From: Stegostoma tigrinum
Taxonomy: Eukaryota
Direction of reading: 5' to 3'
DNA length: 64,000 nt
NCBI RefSeq assembly: GCF_030684315.1
Contig: NC_081370.1
Span: forward strand, 5,283,879-5,347,878
Shown here: piece by piece, positions 48,461 to 60,686 of the stretch
Position numbering within the stretch: the stretch's first letter is position 1
Layout of the letters: each line of letters starts with the position of its first letter
Made by a program: the position numbers and the translations under genes
The notes under the pieces: generated by a model
Told to the model about the DNA's origin: nothing
Databases searched by the model: none
What the model saw: the letters and a program-made list of their open reading frames with translations, nothing else

Positions 48461-48659
48461 CTTTGTTGTGACCGCGGAAGGCTGCAAGATTGTGTTACCC
48501 TGCGGGATTGAAATCCACTTCCCACCCGAATCACTTTCTCTGACAGTGATCACGTGCAGAGTGACTTCCCCTCACCCACAGCAGGTGAAACTAAGGCATC
48601 ATGACTTCTTGCTGAGCCAGGTCCTGGAACTTTTACCACATGGGGTACAGTTTGAAAAG
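48461..48659 (+). CDS. PIDD1: PIDD1 exon 6 (ZU5-1)
   Basis: FVVTAEGCKIVLPCGIEIHFP, LLSQVLELLPHGVQFEK; ttccag| and |gtacca; 199 nt. Confidence 0.95.
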
Positions 48660-48957
48660 GTACCAGCGTTTGCCTGAAATTTCCATATTTTGTCTGGCAT
48701 TTCTCATGATACGTTGACTAACTTTTACAAAGGCAAGAAGCATTAAGCCCAAGGATTTTACATTATTCCGATGCAAAGTTTGAGTTTTCCACTTAAGGCC
48801 GCAATTCATGCTAATCAAAAACGCACGTGATTTCGAGTTTAACTATTGCCAGGAATATTTGTTAATGCAGGTTCGATAGTTGGAAACTTTGTTTTCTCTT
48901 CAGAATTTTCTATATCCGAGGAAATGTGATGGACATACGTTAGTGGAAGAGTATGCT

Positions 48958-50968
48958 ATCACTACAATAATTAGACGCACATCCTTAATAATGACCACAT
49001 CAAGCCAATTCTCTTGCCCAGAATAGTAGTTGTGGAGGGTATAGCCTGTGCTCTAAGTTACATTCGTTCAAGACAAATGTACAGAAAGAAAGGCTAATCT
49101 GCAGAACACCCTCCCCGACAGATCTCCTGAGGCATTGCGCATTGTAAAGATATGCTTTTTTTAAAATAACTAACTCTCCACTCCTTTCCTAGCTCCATCT
49201 CTCTGTCCTTGACTACTATGCTTTTCTCCTTGATTTTTTGGCTAGATCGTTCTCCTGACAAAACTCCTTCCGACGGTATTGCTGTATATCCTTAACTGGG
49301 CTATAGTATTATTTAGAAGTTTCATTTAGCTGCTGCTAAATTTTGAGACAAAAATGGTGACATAATTGTGGAGATCATTGAAGCGATGTTAAACTATTCA
49401 CGCACTGTGTCTAAGGATGAGGAAAACTGACCTGCCCAACTCCAGGGCAGGCTCATCCTTCCTAACCGATTCTAAATACCAGAATTTTCATTTCTATCGA
49501 AGACCTGCCCACACCTCGATCAATCATTCTGTGTAAAGAACAAATTCCTGACTGTCCTAACTTTGCCATTTTAACGAGCTTGGGTGTCTTTCCAGATTTA
49601 TCTTTTCCATAACACCATCTATCTCGCATATACATGTGAGATTGGTTGTCTGTCTTTGAGAATTTAAAAAGTGCAAAAATCTCCATTCTTCTTGTATAAT
49701 TTCAGATTTTTACATTTAATTTTTCTGGGCTAACAAGTCCTTATTCAAACCTCTACTCCCTCTTGTGTTCTGACTATTATAATATAGCATTCTCTAGACT
49801 TTGCAACAATCTATATACTCTGCTTTTCTTATTTTGTTTGTTTAACTGCTTTGTTTTCCATGCTAGTTTCCACAATGCTGTTCTTCAACCAAGGCTCCTC
49901 TGATCCCTGGAATTGTCTCTGAAGACCACTTAGCCTTGCTCAGTCAGCATTGAAAGGCTTATTCGAACCCCGTAAATCCTGCGCTGTGCCTTCAATTTCC
50001 TAACTCTAACTTCCTGGGTGGTGCCTACTGATTTTTTTCCAAATTGTTTTGAGATTTATTTTAGTCAGCAATGCTGGTTTTACTGTAGTACTGTTAGTTT
50101 CAGAAGCCCCTAGACCCCGTACACCACCTTCTCCAGGCCAATTACGAATTGGGATTGAATGCTGGCCTGGCTGGCAACACCCACACAAATGAATGAAAAA
50201 AAAATTGCAAGAAGTAAAGAGTAACGATGAAATCACAATTCCAAACACTTGGGAACTCTGCACTGAAAATTCTGATTTGGAATTTGCTGTTGAATTGTTT
50301 ACAAGTTGTGATTACACTCAGCCTTTTTTAGTTCAGATGATGGTTAGGATGAAGAGGGTGCCTGAGCGACTTTCAAGTGTCTGCATTTTGCAAATATTGA
50401 ATGTAGTGTGAAGTTGTAGTGGTGAACGGCTGATCCAAGTGCATGCACGTTGCTTTCTTTAAAAAAAAAACTCATCATTTTGAAAAACAAGTTATTGATC
50501 AAATCTACTACCTAATTTAAATGTCATTTTCTCCTTGTGCATTGTCAGGAAGTACTCATCAGGATTCCGTATGTTCCTCCTCGCTCTGACCATCGAAGGG
50601 AAGTTGTGATCCGAACGTTCAGTGACAGCTGGAGTGACCTGGATACTAAGGTGTTTGAGGTGTGTTGGCTGTGCAGTGAGCAATCAGTTGCGTTCATAAT
50701 TTTAAAGTTGCCCTTAAAGTGGGAAGCTTGTTTTCACGCTTTTCCCTTTAAACATTACAAAGGTGACATCCGTTTGCTTATAGCCCTTGGTTACCATCAT
50801 TTGTGCAATCACAACAATAATTAGAGATCACATCCTTAATAATGACCACATCAAGCCAATTCTTCTCGCCCAGAATAGTAGTTGTGGAGGATATGGCCTG
50901 TGCTCTAAGTTACATTCGTTCAAGATAAATGTACAGAAAGAAAGGCTAATCTGCAGATCACTCTCCCC
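48958..50968 (+). repeat. ~160-bp direct repeat pair (48958-49116 and 50808-50968) flanking PIDD1 exon 7
   Basis: Shared catccttaataatgaccacatcaagccaattct ... ctctaagttacattcgttcaaga ... gtacagaaagaaaggctaatctgcaga with scattered differences. Confidence 0.92.
50549..50659 (+). CDS. PIDD1: PIDD1 exon 7
   Basis: EVLIRIPYVPPRSDHRREVVIRTFSDSWSDLDTKVFE (REVV.RT and W.DL.T as in PIDD1); donor GAG|gtgtgt, with an alternative AAG|gtgttt after 50650. Confidence 0.88.
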
Positions 50969-51329
50969 AAGGAAGCTGTTTAGTCATGAAGCTGAGAGGA
51001 TATGATAGATACACCTTTTCAAGATTTCAAACTCGCTGTGGATATGTCAAGCTACTTTTTCCTGAATCGAGCAACCCCCCGAAACATTTCACTGGGGACA
51101 AACAACAACGACCTTGTCTCATTGTGGGGTGGATGCAGGCCTCTGTACAAATTGTGCACCGGCTGACTTTCTCCATCTCTCCGTTGGGTGCATGGTTGAG
51201 TAAGACAAGCAGAGGCTGTGTTAACATAAAGGGGAAAGGATCATGTGGTGGCTCTGTTGTTTGTGCCAGCCCACGCTCTAAACAAGAATTGGACATCAGT
51301 GTGAATGCATTTATGAAGAGAATGTAGTG

Positions 51330-51665
51330 ACTGGGTGGCTGAGTGGTTAGCACTGCTGCCACACAGCAGCAGAGATCTGGGGTTGATTCCAGCCTTGGGT
51401 GACCGTCTGTATGGAGTTTGCACATTGACTCCAGGTGCCTGCTTTCCTCCTACAGTTCAAAGGTATGCAGGTTAGGAGGATTGGCTATGCCAAAATTATC
51501 TTGTGCCTGGGATGCATAGATTAGGTGGATCAAGCATTGTAACCATGGATTATGGGGATAGCGTTGGGGCTGGGACGGGGATTGGGTAGGATGTCCTTCG
51601 GAGAATTGGTGTGGACTCAATGGGCAGAGTGGTCTCTCTCCACTCTGAAGTGATTCTATGATGCA
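51330..51665 (+). mobile_element. HE1-type V-SINE (diverged)
   Basis: gtggctgagtggttagcactgctgcc head, V-domain and gtgattctatgat tail. Confidence 0.8.
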
Positions 51666-52584
51666 GGTTTATTTGGAAATAATCTATATCTAATAAATTC
51701 AAGCCTTCTAAATATTGTAAAACAGGCCTGCTGAACCATAACTGAGAAATCAATCAAGTCAGTTTCATGAATATATTGGATCATTCTGCAAGTTATCAGT
51801 GAGTTGCACAGGTTCCCTTCATTAGGAAACGTTATCATCAATTTCTTGAGCAGCAGTTTATGTGAAAAACCTTGTGTGGTATAAAAACTCATTGAAAGTT
51901 TGCCCTTGTGAATGCAGCTTTGGGTTAATTTGCTATTGGCAATATTCATGCTCTGCCAGCTGGAACATCCCCCAAATGTTTCTGGAACTGAGTCACCCTC
52001 TCTGAGTCACGACATTTAAACAACACATTCAAGGGCTGTCAGTATCCTTTCTTTTAATTTGGTTGCAGAGTTATGCTGCAGTTGCTTTCTCCTGGTTTTG
52101 GTTCAATATGGGCTGTATTCTTTTTCTCTCTTGGTTTAGTCAGTCATGTGATGCTACAGTGAGTCTTTTTATTTTGTTTGCACTACATTGGTGTTTCTTC
52201 AAGGGTAGCCATGGTGATGAGTTCCTATGGTTACAGGAGTTTGCTGGTGCCAAGAGCCAAAATATGATGGACATTTGCTTTCTATATGTAGAAGAAATTC
52301 TTTTTTCCATTACAGGTATAGTGTTGTCTTCCATACTGGTCTGTGTCCAGCAATTGATTAGTGTTATAGTTTCACTGGGGGCTGGAGAAGGAAACATGCA
52401 ATATTAAAAGAAAGAAGAAACTTTGCAGCCACACTTTTAATTCCAATCTTTTCTTGCATATGAATTCCATTTCTCTGTAAACAAGTTGCTCCATAAATAA
52501 GGGCTGTAACAGGAAAGGATGTGTTTCTCATTTTTTGACTCTCTTTTTGTAGCTTGCACCTTGAAGAAGCAGCTGGAATTTTGA

Positions 52585-54342
52585 GGGCTAACTTTAACGA
52601 ATTGCAGCAGGATTATGGCTGTACAAAGGGCAATGCCCAGCTTGCCCTGTGTTCCTTGTGTGATTAAGTGTTAGTATTGGATGGGGATAGGGGGAGGAGG
52701 TGTTGCTGTTGTTGTGGGGTAACACCACAACGCGGACGAATTTCCCTCTGCTCGATTTTGAAGGGTTAACATCAATGCTCTTGATGCAGCAACCATTCGG
52801 CTGCCCAGTAGCTCAAGGGAAGGGCAGTGCTGTATAGGGAAGGGGAGTCTATAATCCACTGGCTGGGGTCTGCCAACTCTTGTGTCGGCTGCCCATTTGG
52901 CCACCATCTAGGTCACAAAGATGGCAATCACAGTTGCTCTTCCCAGGGGCAATCCTCTCCCAGCTCTGGGTGAGCCAGTCCCACTTCATTCCCGGAGGCC
53001 ACCTTGCTCTTCTGCTGCTCCTGGCATACGATGATGCTAACAGGCTGCAGGGTGAGAGTGAATTGCAGGAGGCAGTGCTGATTTTTGTTTTGCAGAATAG
53101 GAAATTGCGGAGCAATCCTGTTGGTGTCAAAAGGGCTCAACATCGTCATCACTAGGTATTAGACTCTGAAGCCACTGTGGCATCTGTTTCACCTCTGGTC
53201 AGATAGATAGCTGGGTGGATCACCCTGATTCTGGTCTGATTCTTCTTCAAGGAATGTGTGTTGAACAACGAGTTTGTCTCCTGGCAGGGCCTCCCCATTG
53301 TGCAGGACAGAGTTGTGATGGACAATCAGGGAGACCTGAGGCAGTATTCTGCACTGCTCAATCCACACATCGGCGTATATTCCTCACTGGCATCGAGACC
53401 CATCCGTTTAGTGGATAGGCTCCATTGCTAAGTATCCAGCCTTCCATTGGCATTGCTGGGGTGATTAGCTGGGAAGATAGGAGACATCATGGCTACTCCC
53501 AGGGTACTGAGCACAAACCTGTGATCCTGTGGCTGTGGTCATGTACAAAATGTATTCGGGGAGTGAAAATTCTTGAGAGTTTGTAAATACGGCTGGCTGG
53601 CCGACCAGTACCTTGATGGCCATAGACGATGACTCCCTGCTCTTTGGAGAATTACGTTCCATCTCTAAATGCTGTGTTCCTTCATTTAATCAAGTCACCT
53701 GATCTCCTGCAAAGTGTGTCTCCGCGGTTACCTTGATACAGCGATGGGCTCAGTGCTACACAGTATGACCCTGAGGTGTAACTCCTGGTATGACTCCAGC
53801 TGCCTTCTGCCTCTTCCACATCATGAGTGCTTCAGAGGGATGCTCAGCCAGATTCAGCTGTCGGTGCCCTGCTGTCGTCCTCCTCCTGCTGTTTCCCGCA
53901 CCCCCCTCTTTCTCTCCCCCCCCCCACCCCCGAGGAATCTCTGCAGCTGCGAGCCACCACAACTGTGACCCTCGTTTGGATGCAGTGGCGCTGTGCATGA
54001 CCGTAGAAAGTCAGCCTGAGATCAATAACTCACTCCCCTGGAGCAGCAGCATTCTTTTCAGGCGAACTCCTTACTGTTTGTGAAACCCTGCTTTGACCTC
54101 TTCCCTCAATAACCCCTGTTACCCAAAAAAAAAGTCACGCAGCCCACACCGTATATTGGAGCATTGGCAGTTTTATTGCTTTAATTAGCTCTTAACTGTG
54201 TCACTTTCTGAAAAGCAAGTAGGTGTCCGCTCCCTTTCCCTGTTTTCTTGCTGACTGATTTAATGCCATTGGGTGCCTCAACGCCTGGTTTTATGGGGAT
54301 GCAGGATTACTGGCCCAGTGTGCCCCTATAAAATTCAGTCCC
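52585..54342 (-). mobile_element. Decayed PIF/Harbinger DNA transposon
   Basis: Minus-strand remnants VCAQYPGSSHD and VLHN resemble the Harbinger DDE nuclease; imperfect TIRs gggctaacttt and aaaattcagtccc flanked by tga and taa. Confidence 0.55.
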
Positions 54343-54432
54343 TAATGCGGAAATTGTTGGTGGATTTATTTTGATATGGAGTTTGTGTCGTGTCATTATG
54401 CAGCGCAGTCACTTTCTTTCCTTTTTTTATAG

Positions 54433-54615
54433 TCGCAATATGTGGCCTGCTGCAGCGTACTCCATTTCTCTTGGTTCCTTGTCATTTCTCGACTGAAGGA
54501 GAATAAATGTACCGTCCCCCATGAGGGAACGAGACTGTTCTCCTCGGTGGATCCGAACATCAAGGTGATCTTTCCAGCAGGGTCAGTGGCTGAGTCTCGC
54601 AGGGTGAGGATGCAG
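54433..54615 (+). CDS. PIDD1: PIDD1 exon 8 (first HFSW autoproteolysis site, start of ZU5-2)
   Basis: SQYVACCSVLHFSWFLVISR...IKVIFPAGSVAESRRVRMQ; ttatag| and |gttggt; 183 nt. Confidence 0.96.
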
Positions 54616-54735
54616 GTTGGTATATCAAATTAAATCTAACATCATCTCCGTCCAGTGAAGAATGCTTCGTTGTGCTTTTAATTTGCTCAACCAGACGCTC
54701 TATCACGTTTTGCCTTTTTAAAAATGTAAATACAG

Positions 54736-54883
54736 GTGTTGCCAGTTGTTGCAGAGGAGTTGTGCGAGCTTCTCCAGGATCAGGATTCAGTAGCAAGCCC
54801 TCTGCTCTGTTTGTCACAGAATACGACCGACAACTTCCTGAAACCAGTCAAGATACAGCTTCCATTACCAAGTGGGGTCACAG
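54736..54883 (+). CDS. PIDD1: PIDD1 exon 9
   Basis: VLPVV...SPLLCLSQ...FLKPVKIQLPLPSGVT(G); atacag| and |gtcagt; 148 nt. Confidence 0.96.
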
Positions 54884-55121
54884 GTCAGTGTTTTAATAGC
54901 ATGGTGGAAATCAGTGTGAAGGCAGCAGCCATGTTTAAGAGGTTAGGTGGCGTTATGGAGAAGAACAGCCGTGCTCCATCTCTGACCAGAGTTCAAGTTG
55001 AATGGAACAATTTAAAAAGCTGCTTAGACTAGGAGTGTCAACACCTTTTCAGAGGTATTAGATGAGTTGTTAAGGTGATTTTCATGTAGGTTGTGGGGAA
55101 TCCACTTCCCCGTTTCCCTTT

Positions 55122-55210
55122 GAAGTCCGAAGTCACACAACACCAAGTTGCATTCCAACAAGTTTATTTGAAATCACAAGCTTTCGGAGTGATGCTCCTT
55201 CGTCGGGTGA
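55122..55210 (-). repeat. Terminal repeat of a second Penelope family with hammerhead-like motif (55174-55210)
   Basis: Minus: tcac-CCGACGA-a-ggag-catca-ctcc-GAAA-gc-tt-gtga followed by AATAAA; 4-bp stem I, core U>C change. Confidence 0.6.
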
Positions 55211-55224
55211 CTGCTTCCTTGAGG

Positions 55225-56090
55225 AAGTGATATTGAGCCACCTTCTTTAAATGCTGCTGTCTGTGTCGTACTCTTAGGAAGGGAGTACCAGAATTTTGAC
55301 CTGGCAACCGCAAAGGAATGTCAGCGCAGCTCCAAGTTCTGACAGTATGTGGAGTGGAGGGGAACTTGCAGGTGTTGGTGTTCCTGCTGACCCTTGTCCT
55401 TCTAGGTGGCAGAAGTCACAGGTTTGGAAGGCAGCATTGAGGGAGCCTTGGACAGTTGCTTCAGTGCATGATGTAGTTGGTACATTTTGGCACACTGGGC
55501 TACATTGGTGGAGGGAGTGAATGTGGAAGCTTGTAGCCATGGTGACAATTTAAGCAGCTTGCTTTGAGCTGGATGGTGTCAGGCTTCTTAAGTGCTGTTG
55601 CAGTTGCACTCTTCCAGGTCAGTTGAGACTTTGGAAGGTGCAGGAGGCTAGCCACTCACTGCATTATACCCAAATTCTGACCTGTCCCTGCAGCACCAGT
55701 CTTGTGTTGCTGTTCAGTTAAATTTGAATTGATGACCCTGGATAGTGGGGGATCTAATGACTGTAATCGTTTTTTTGTAAAAAGTCACTTGTTGTCCAAC
55801 ATTTAGTTCTCATCCCTATTTTCCCTTGAAGATGGTGGTTTATTGTCTTTGGAACTGCAACAATCCATTGGCAGTCCACCCACAATAGTGTGAGGGAGGA
55901 AGTTCTAGCACCATGACCCACTAACACTGAAGTGACTAAGATTTATTTCAAGCTGGTGAATGTGAGTGATTTGAAGGGGAGCTTGCATGTGGTTGTGTTC
56001 CCATGTGCCTGTTGCCCTTGTTTTTCTAGATAATAGCAGTCAAGGTGTTGTCCAAGGAGCCTTGGTGAATTTCTGAAGTGCACCTATTGA
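55225..56090 (-). mobile_element. LINE 3' fragments (CR1/L2 group), two partial copies
   Basis: Repeated ggggaacttgcaggtg...gttcc...gcccttgt...tctag...ggagccttgg blocks; related pieces at about 9.94-10.26, 40.66-40.99 and 57.5-58.0 kb. Confidence 0.6.
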
Positions 56091-56948
56091 TGGTTGCTTC
56101 TGGACCAATTCAAATTTCCACCTTTTTTGCTTTTTTTAAAAAAATGTCATTGATAAAAGCTATAGAGATAGCAAGAACTGCAGATGCTGGAGTCAGAGAT
56201 AACACAGTATGGAGCTGGAGAAGCACAGCAGGCCAGGCAGCATCAGAGGAGCAGGAAAGTTGATGTTTTGGGTTGGGACCCTTCTTCAGAAAACGATGAA
56301 AACGAGCCTTTCCTACCTTGCTAGTCTCACTCTTGGCTGACTGTTGTACTCATACGAGCTGCAGTAAGTTACCACTCTTAACTACATTCTGGAGTTTTAA
56401 AAAGCAGAAGGTTTTATTGGCAATTATGTTCTAAGCATTACTTGCCTGTGCTGTTTTCTGGCAAATTTGACTTTTGGCAACAGAAATGAAATAGTTTGTG
56501 CCCAGCTTGATGACTTCGCCCTTGGCAAAACCTCCAACCAGTCTGCCCCTGGGGCTTTTAAACTTTCTTTCGCTGATGTCATGAATCTTATCACCATTGG
56601 GAAGGACTCATTGCTCATATTTTCCATGGTGAATGTTTGGAATATGTTCATTGTTTTTTTTGCTTCGATGAGCATCTTTTATGAGCCCCTGACTGCTTCC
56701 TTACTGTTATGTTTTGCTGCCACAGCTGTACTTTTTTTCTCCATTTCTTCTTTGCTTTGACATTCTTGTAAGTTTTCTGAATGTCTCATTCATCTCGGGA
56801 AGCTCCTTGAACATTAGCTCAATCGGCTTTTTTGACTATTTGGTTAATTTGTTTAGGATCTGGCCTTTCAGAGTAAGGCTGGCTATATATATATTGAATT
56901 TTCTACATTATGATTTTAAAGATGTTTTAACTTGTCCTTTTACTCAAA

Positions 56949-57266
56949 GGGGTGGCACGGTGGCTCAGTGGTTAGCACTGCAGCCTCACAGCGCCAGGGA
57001 CCCGGGTTCGATTCCAGCCTCAGGTAACCGTCTGTGTGGAGTTTGCACATTCTCCCTGTGTCTGCATGGGTTTTCTCCAGGTGCTCCGGTTTCCTCCCAC
57101 AGTCCAAAGATGTGCAGGCTAGGTGGATCGGCCATGCTAAATTGTCCATAGTGTTCAAGGGTGTGTGGGTTATAGGGGGATGGTTCTGGGTGGGATGCTC
57201 GAAGGGGTGGTATGGACTTGTTAGGCCAAAGGGCTTGTTTCCACACTGTAGGGAATCTAATCTAAT
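56949..57266 (+). mobile_element. HE1-type V-SINE (well preserved)
   Basis: A box TGGCTCAGTGG, B box GGTTCGATTCC, V-domain and aatctaatctaat tail. Confidence 0.92.
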
Positions 57267-59127
57267 CAAACATATTGAATGAACTCTTCCTTAAGCATTG
57301 CTGAAAAATGACAGATTTTGTCAAATATTTTCTTCTTGCACTTGCCAGATTAGTTTGCGAGAATACTAATTTAAGGGAAAGACCAACATGAAACTGTATG
57401 AGAGGAGAGCGCTAATTGGTTGGAAGATAGATTCTGATTAGTAGAAGTATAGCCAGTCAATGATAGTCAACAGTGCTGTTGAATACACTCCACGTGCCTG
57501 GGCGAATCAGCTCCAACAACAGATGATCTTGAAGCAATCTAGGATGAACCAGCCACCTTGATTAGGCACCACATTCACAAGCATCTACTCCTTCCACCAT
57601 TGACACTCAGCAGCAGCAGAATGTAACCTCTGAGATGCACGAGACGTTCACCAAGACCCTTTTGGACAAACTGTAGTCCAAAAATGTGCAGGTTAGAGTG
57701 GATTGACCACGCTAAATTACCATAGTGTCCAGGGATGTGCAGGTTAGGTAGGCTACCCATGTGGTGGCATTGGGGGTTGGGTGGGGGAATGGGTCTGTGC
57801 TTTGGATTGGATCTTCCAACCAGTTAGCGCTCTTTGGAGGGCTCCACCTTGTCGGGATTCTATAGTCTTGTGAAACCCGTGACCACTACCATCTAGGAGG
57901 ACCATGGCAGCAGATATATAGTAACACCACTTGCATGTTCCTTCTCGAGTCACTCCAAATCTAGATTTGGAAATACATTCCCTACCTAACAGCATTGTGG
58001 GTCTACTCCAAATTAACTGCAGCTCACTGAGGTAGACACATTTCAGGAATTCATGCATTAAAAAAATCTTCCATGATATTTGTTTAAATTTTTAAGCAGA
58101 CAGGTTTAAACTCTTCCTTCAGAATCAGCAATTTATTTTGCTTGATTCTTGATATTTGGTATTTCTGAATCCCACACTCTATGAAATTTTGATTTTCTGT
58201 GGTTGGAATCCCCTGGGATGCGTGAGGTTTCGTGCTGCCATTGGAATTTGAGTCATGTACCACTACAAAGACAAGATTTACAGTTATGCATGACATTTAC
58301 TAAAATAGATTCCTTAAAAAAAACTTGATCTTCAAACAAAACAATTTTGCTAATTTTGCAGATACTTAGGCTTTCCTTATGCAACACACTCTTCTTCCTT
58401 ACAAGATGACCTCTCTCTGGTAAGAGTAATGTTCATTATGAAAAGTTTGGATACAGTCCTTCTGCACGAAACCACACATGAATTGATAGAGATGCCATAA
58501 AGATGACAGAAATTTAAAGAGGAAAAGAAATCACAATGCAATCAGTCTTTTGTTTAAAGCAGGTTATTTGAGAATAGGAGACTTTACTCTGCATCTGAAC
58601 TTGTTGTATTTGTGCGAATGGTGCTGACTGTAGTTGCTGCGTGCTCAAAATGGAAATAAAACATTATTTCACATTGTGGTGTTCTGGAATTTTCTACATG
58701 TATTCCTGTGCCTCTGTACACTTTTGTCTTCCTTTAAAATCTGTTTTTTGCACCAAACTTTTAGCTACCTGCTCAATTATCTTCTTATCTGGCTTGGTCT
58801 GACGTTGATTAATAATGGTCCCCGAAATGTCTTTTTACGTTTTATAACTCTAAAAGTGTCGATTAAATGTTTTTCTTGATTTTATTTGTTGGCTTTCATA
58901 TTTAATAATTAAATCTTTTCTTTATTCCCTTCAAAGCATGAGTTAGTCTCCACAGCCACGTACGTCGTGCAGGAAGGGCTGGATAGAAATCCTGAACTTT
59001 AGCTGGTTCAGCTCTCCAGAATTGTTACGGTGGAGGAAGGGACCATTCAGCCCATCGTGTCCACACTTATTCTGAACATTTCAACTTTGTGCCAATCTCC
59101 TGCCTTTTCCCCAAAACCCTACACATC

Positions 59128-59412
59128 GGGGCGGCACGGTGGCTCAGTATTTTAGCACTGCGGCCTCAAAAGCGCCAGGGACTCGGGTTCGATTCCACCC
59201 TTGGGTGACTGTCTGTGTGGAATTTGTGCGTTCTCTGGGTGCTCCGGTTTCCTCCCAGTCCAAAGATGTGCAGTCTAAGTGGATTGGCCATGCTAAATTG
59301 TCCATAGTGTTCAGGGATGTGTAGATTAGGTGGGATGCCGTGAGGGTCGGTGTGGACTTGTTGGGCCGAAGGACCTGTTCCACACTGCAGGAATTCTGTG
59401 ATGTAAGATTCT
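59128..59412 (+). mobile_element. HE1-type V-SINE inserted in a minus-strand CR1 remnant
   Basis: ggggcggcacggtggctcag head, GGTTCGATTCC and tail; CR1-like sequence continues on both sides (about 59020-60370). Confidence 0.85.
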
Positions 59413-60686
59413 ATTATTTCTGCTTAAATGATCATTCAATGGATTCTCCAATGCCTATCTTGAACATGCCTCCACCCCATTTCCAGGCAAGGCCAGATTC
59501 CAGATCCTAATTTATCTTTGTGGAAAAGTTTTTTTTTTCTCAGCTGGAATTTGTAAAACACTTAAATTGTGCCCTCTAATTCTCAATCCATTTATTATCG
59601 GAAACAGTTTCTCCCTATGCTTTCTGTCCCCAGACCCTTCTTGGTTTTGACAACTATCAAATCTCATCTTAGTCTTCTCCTATCCAAGAATAACAGTTCC
59701 AACTTCTCTCATCATAGTCATAACTGAAGTGCTTCATCCTGGACCCATTCTTGTAAACCTCTTCTACATTTTGTTTGTTACATTCGCATCCTTCTTGTAG
59801 TGTTGTGCCCAGAATTGTAAATAATATTCCAGCAGTGTCTTATATAAAGTTCATCATAATTTCCTACATCTTATTCTGTGCTGCTACTTATACTAAAATG
59901 AATCCCCTCATGCTTCTCCATGTTGAACTTGATCTGCCACCAAACGCACACTCAAGCAGCATTTTAATGTCTGCATGAAGTTCTACACTATCCCCCTCAG
60001 TTTATAGTTCTCTTGAGCTTTTTTGTCACTTGCAAACTGTGAAATTGTCCCCTGCATATCAAGTTCTAGAGTTTTTTTTTAATATAATAGGAACAGCATC
60101 GCTCCTAATACCAACCCCCAGGGAACTACAGTGGAAACCTTCCTCCAGTGCGACAAGTAGCCAAACATCAATACTGTCCATTTTCTATCCCTCAGCCAAT
60201 TTTAAATCCAGTTTGCTGCTGTACATTATATACCATGACTTCAGACTTTCTTAAGTCTGCTGTGTTGCAGTATATTGAAAACTGTTTGGAAATCTGTGTA
60301 TAGGACATCAACAGCCTTCCCATTATCGTTAGTTAAACAGTTTTTCCGTCTAAAACAAAACCCACACTGATTTTTCCAAATCCGGTGTTTCCATGTAACA
60401 ATCAATTCCATCCCAATTAAAAGTGAGGAAAAACAGGAGTGACTTAAAAGAGCTTTTCCTGGCTGTTCAGATCCTGTTTGGAAATGCATGTTATCGACAT
60501 TAAACTGTCTTTCCTTTGGTGTTTTGGAATTCAGTACATGTGTATTTGTGCCTTTTCTATTACTCAAACCAAATTAAATTCACTTTTGAGCCAAGTATTA
60601 TTTCTGTTTTAATGGCATTTGTACTTCTATATTTTTAACAGAAGCTTAAAGTCTTTCATTGAAGAAGTTAAACTCTCTTGTTCCAG

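Noticed and set aside
11500-56290. Recurrent gctggatgaacacagcaggccaagcagcatc units as a CRISPR-like or satellite array
   Set aside because: They are dispersed, in both orientations, attached to Penelope bodies and have no regular spacers; the DNA is eukaryotic.
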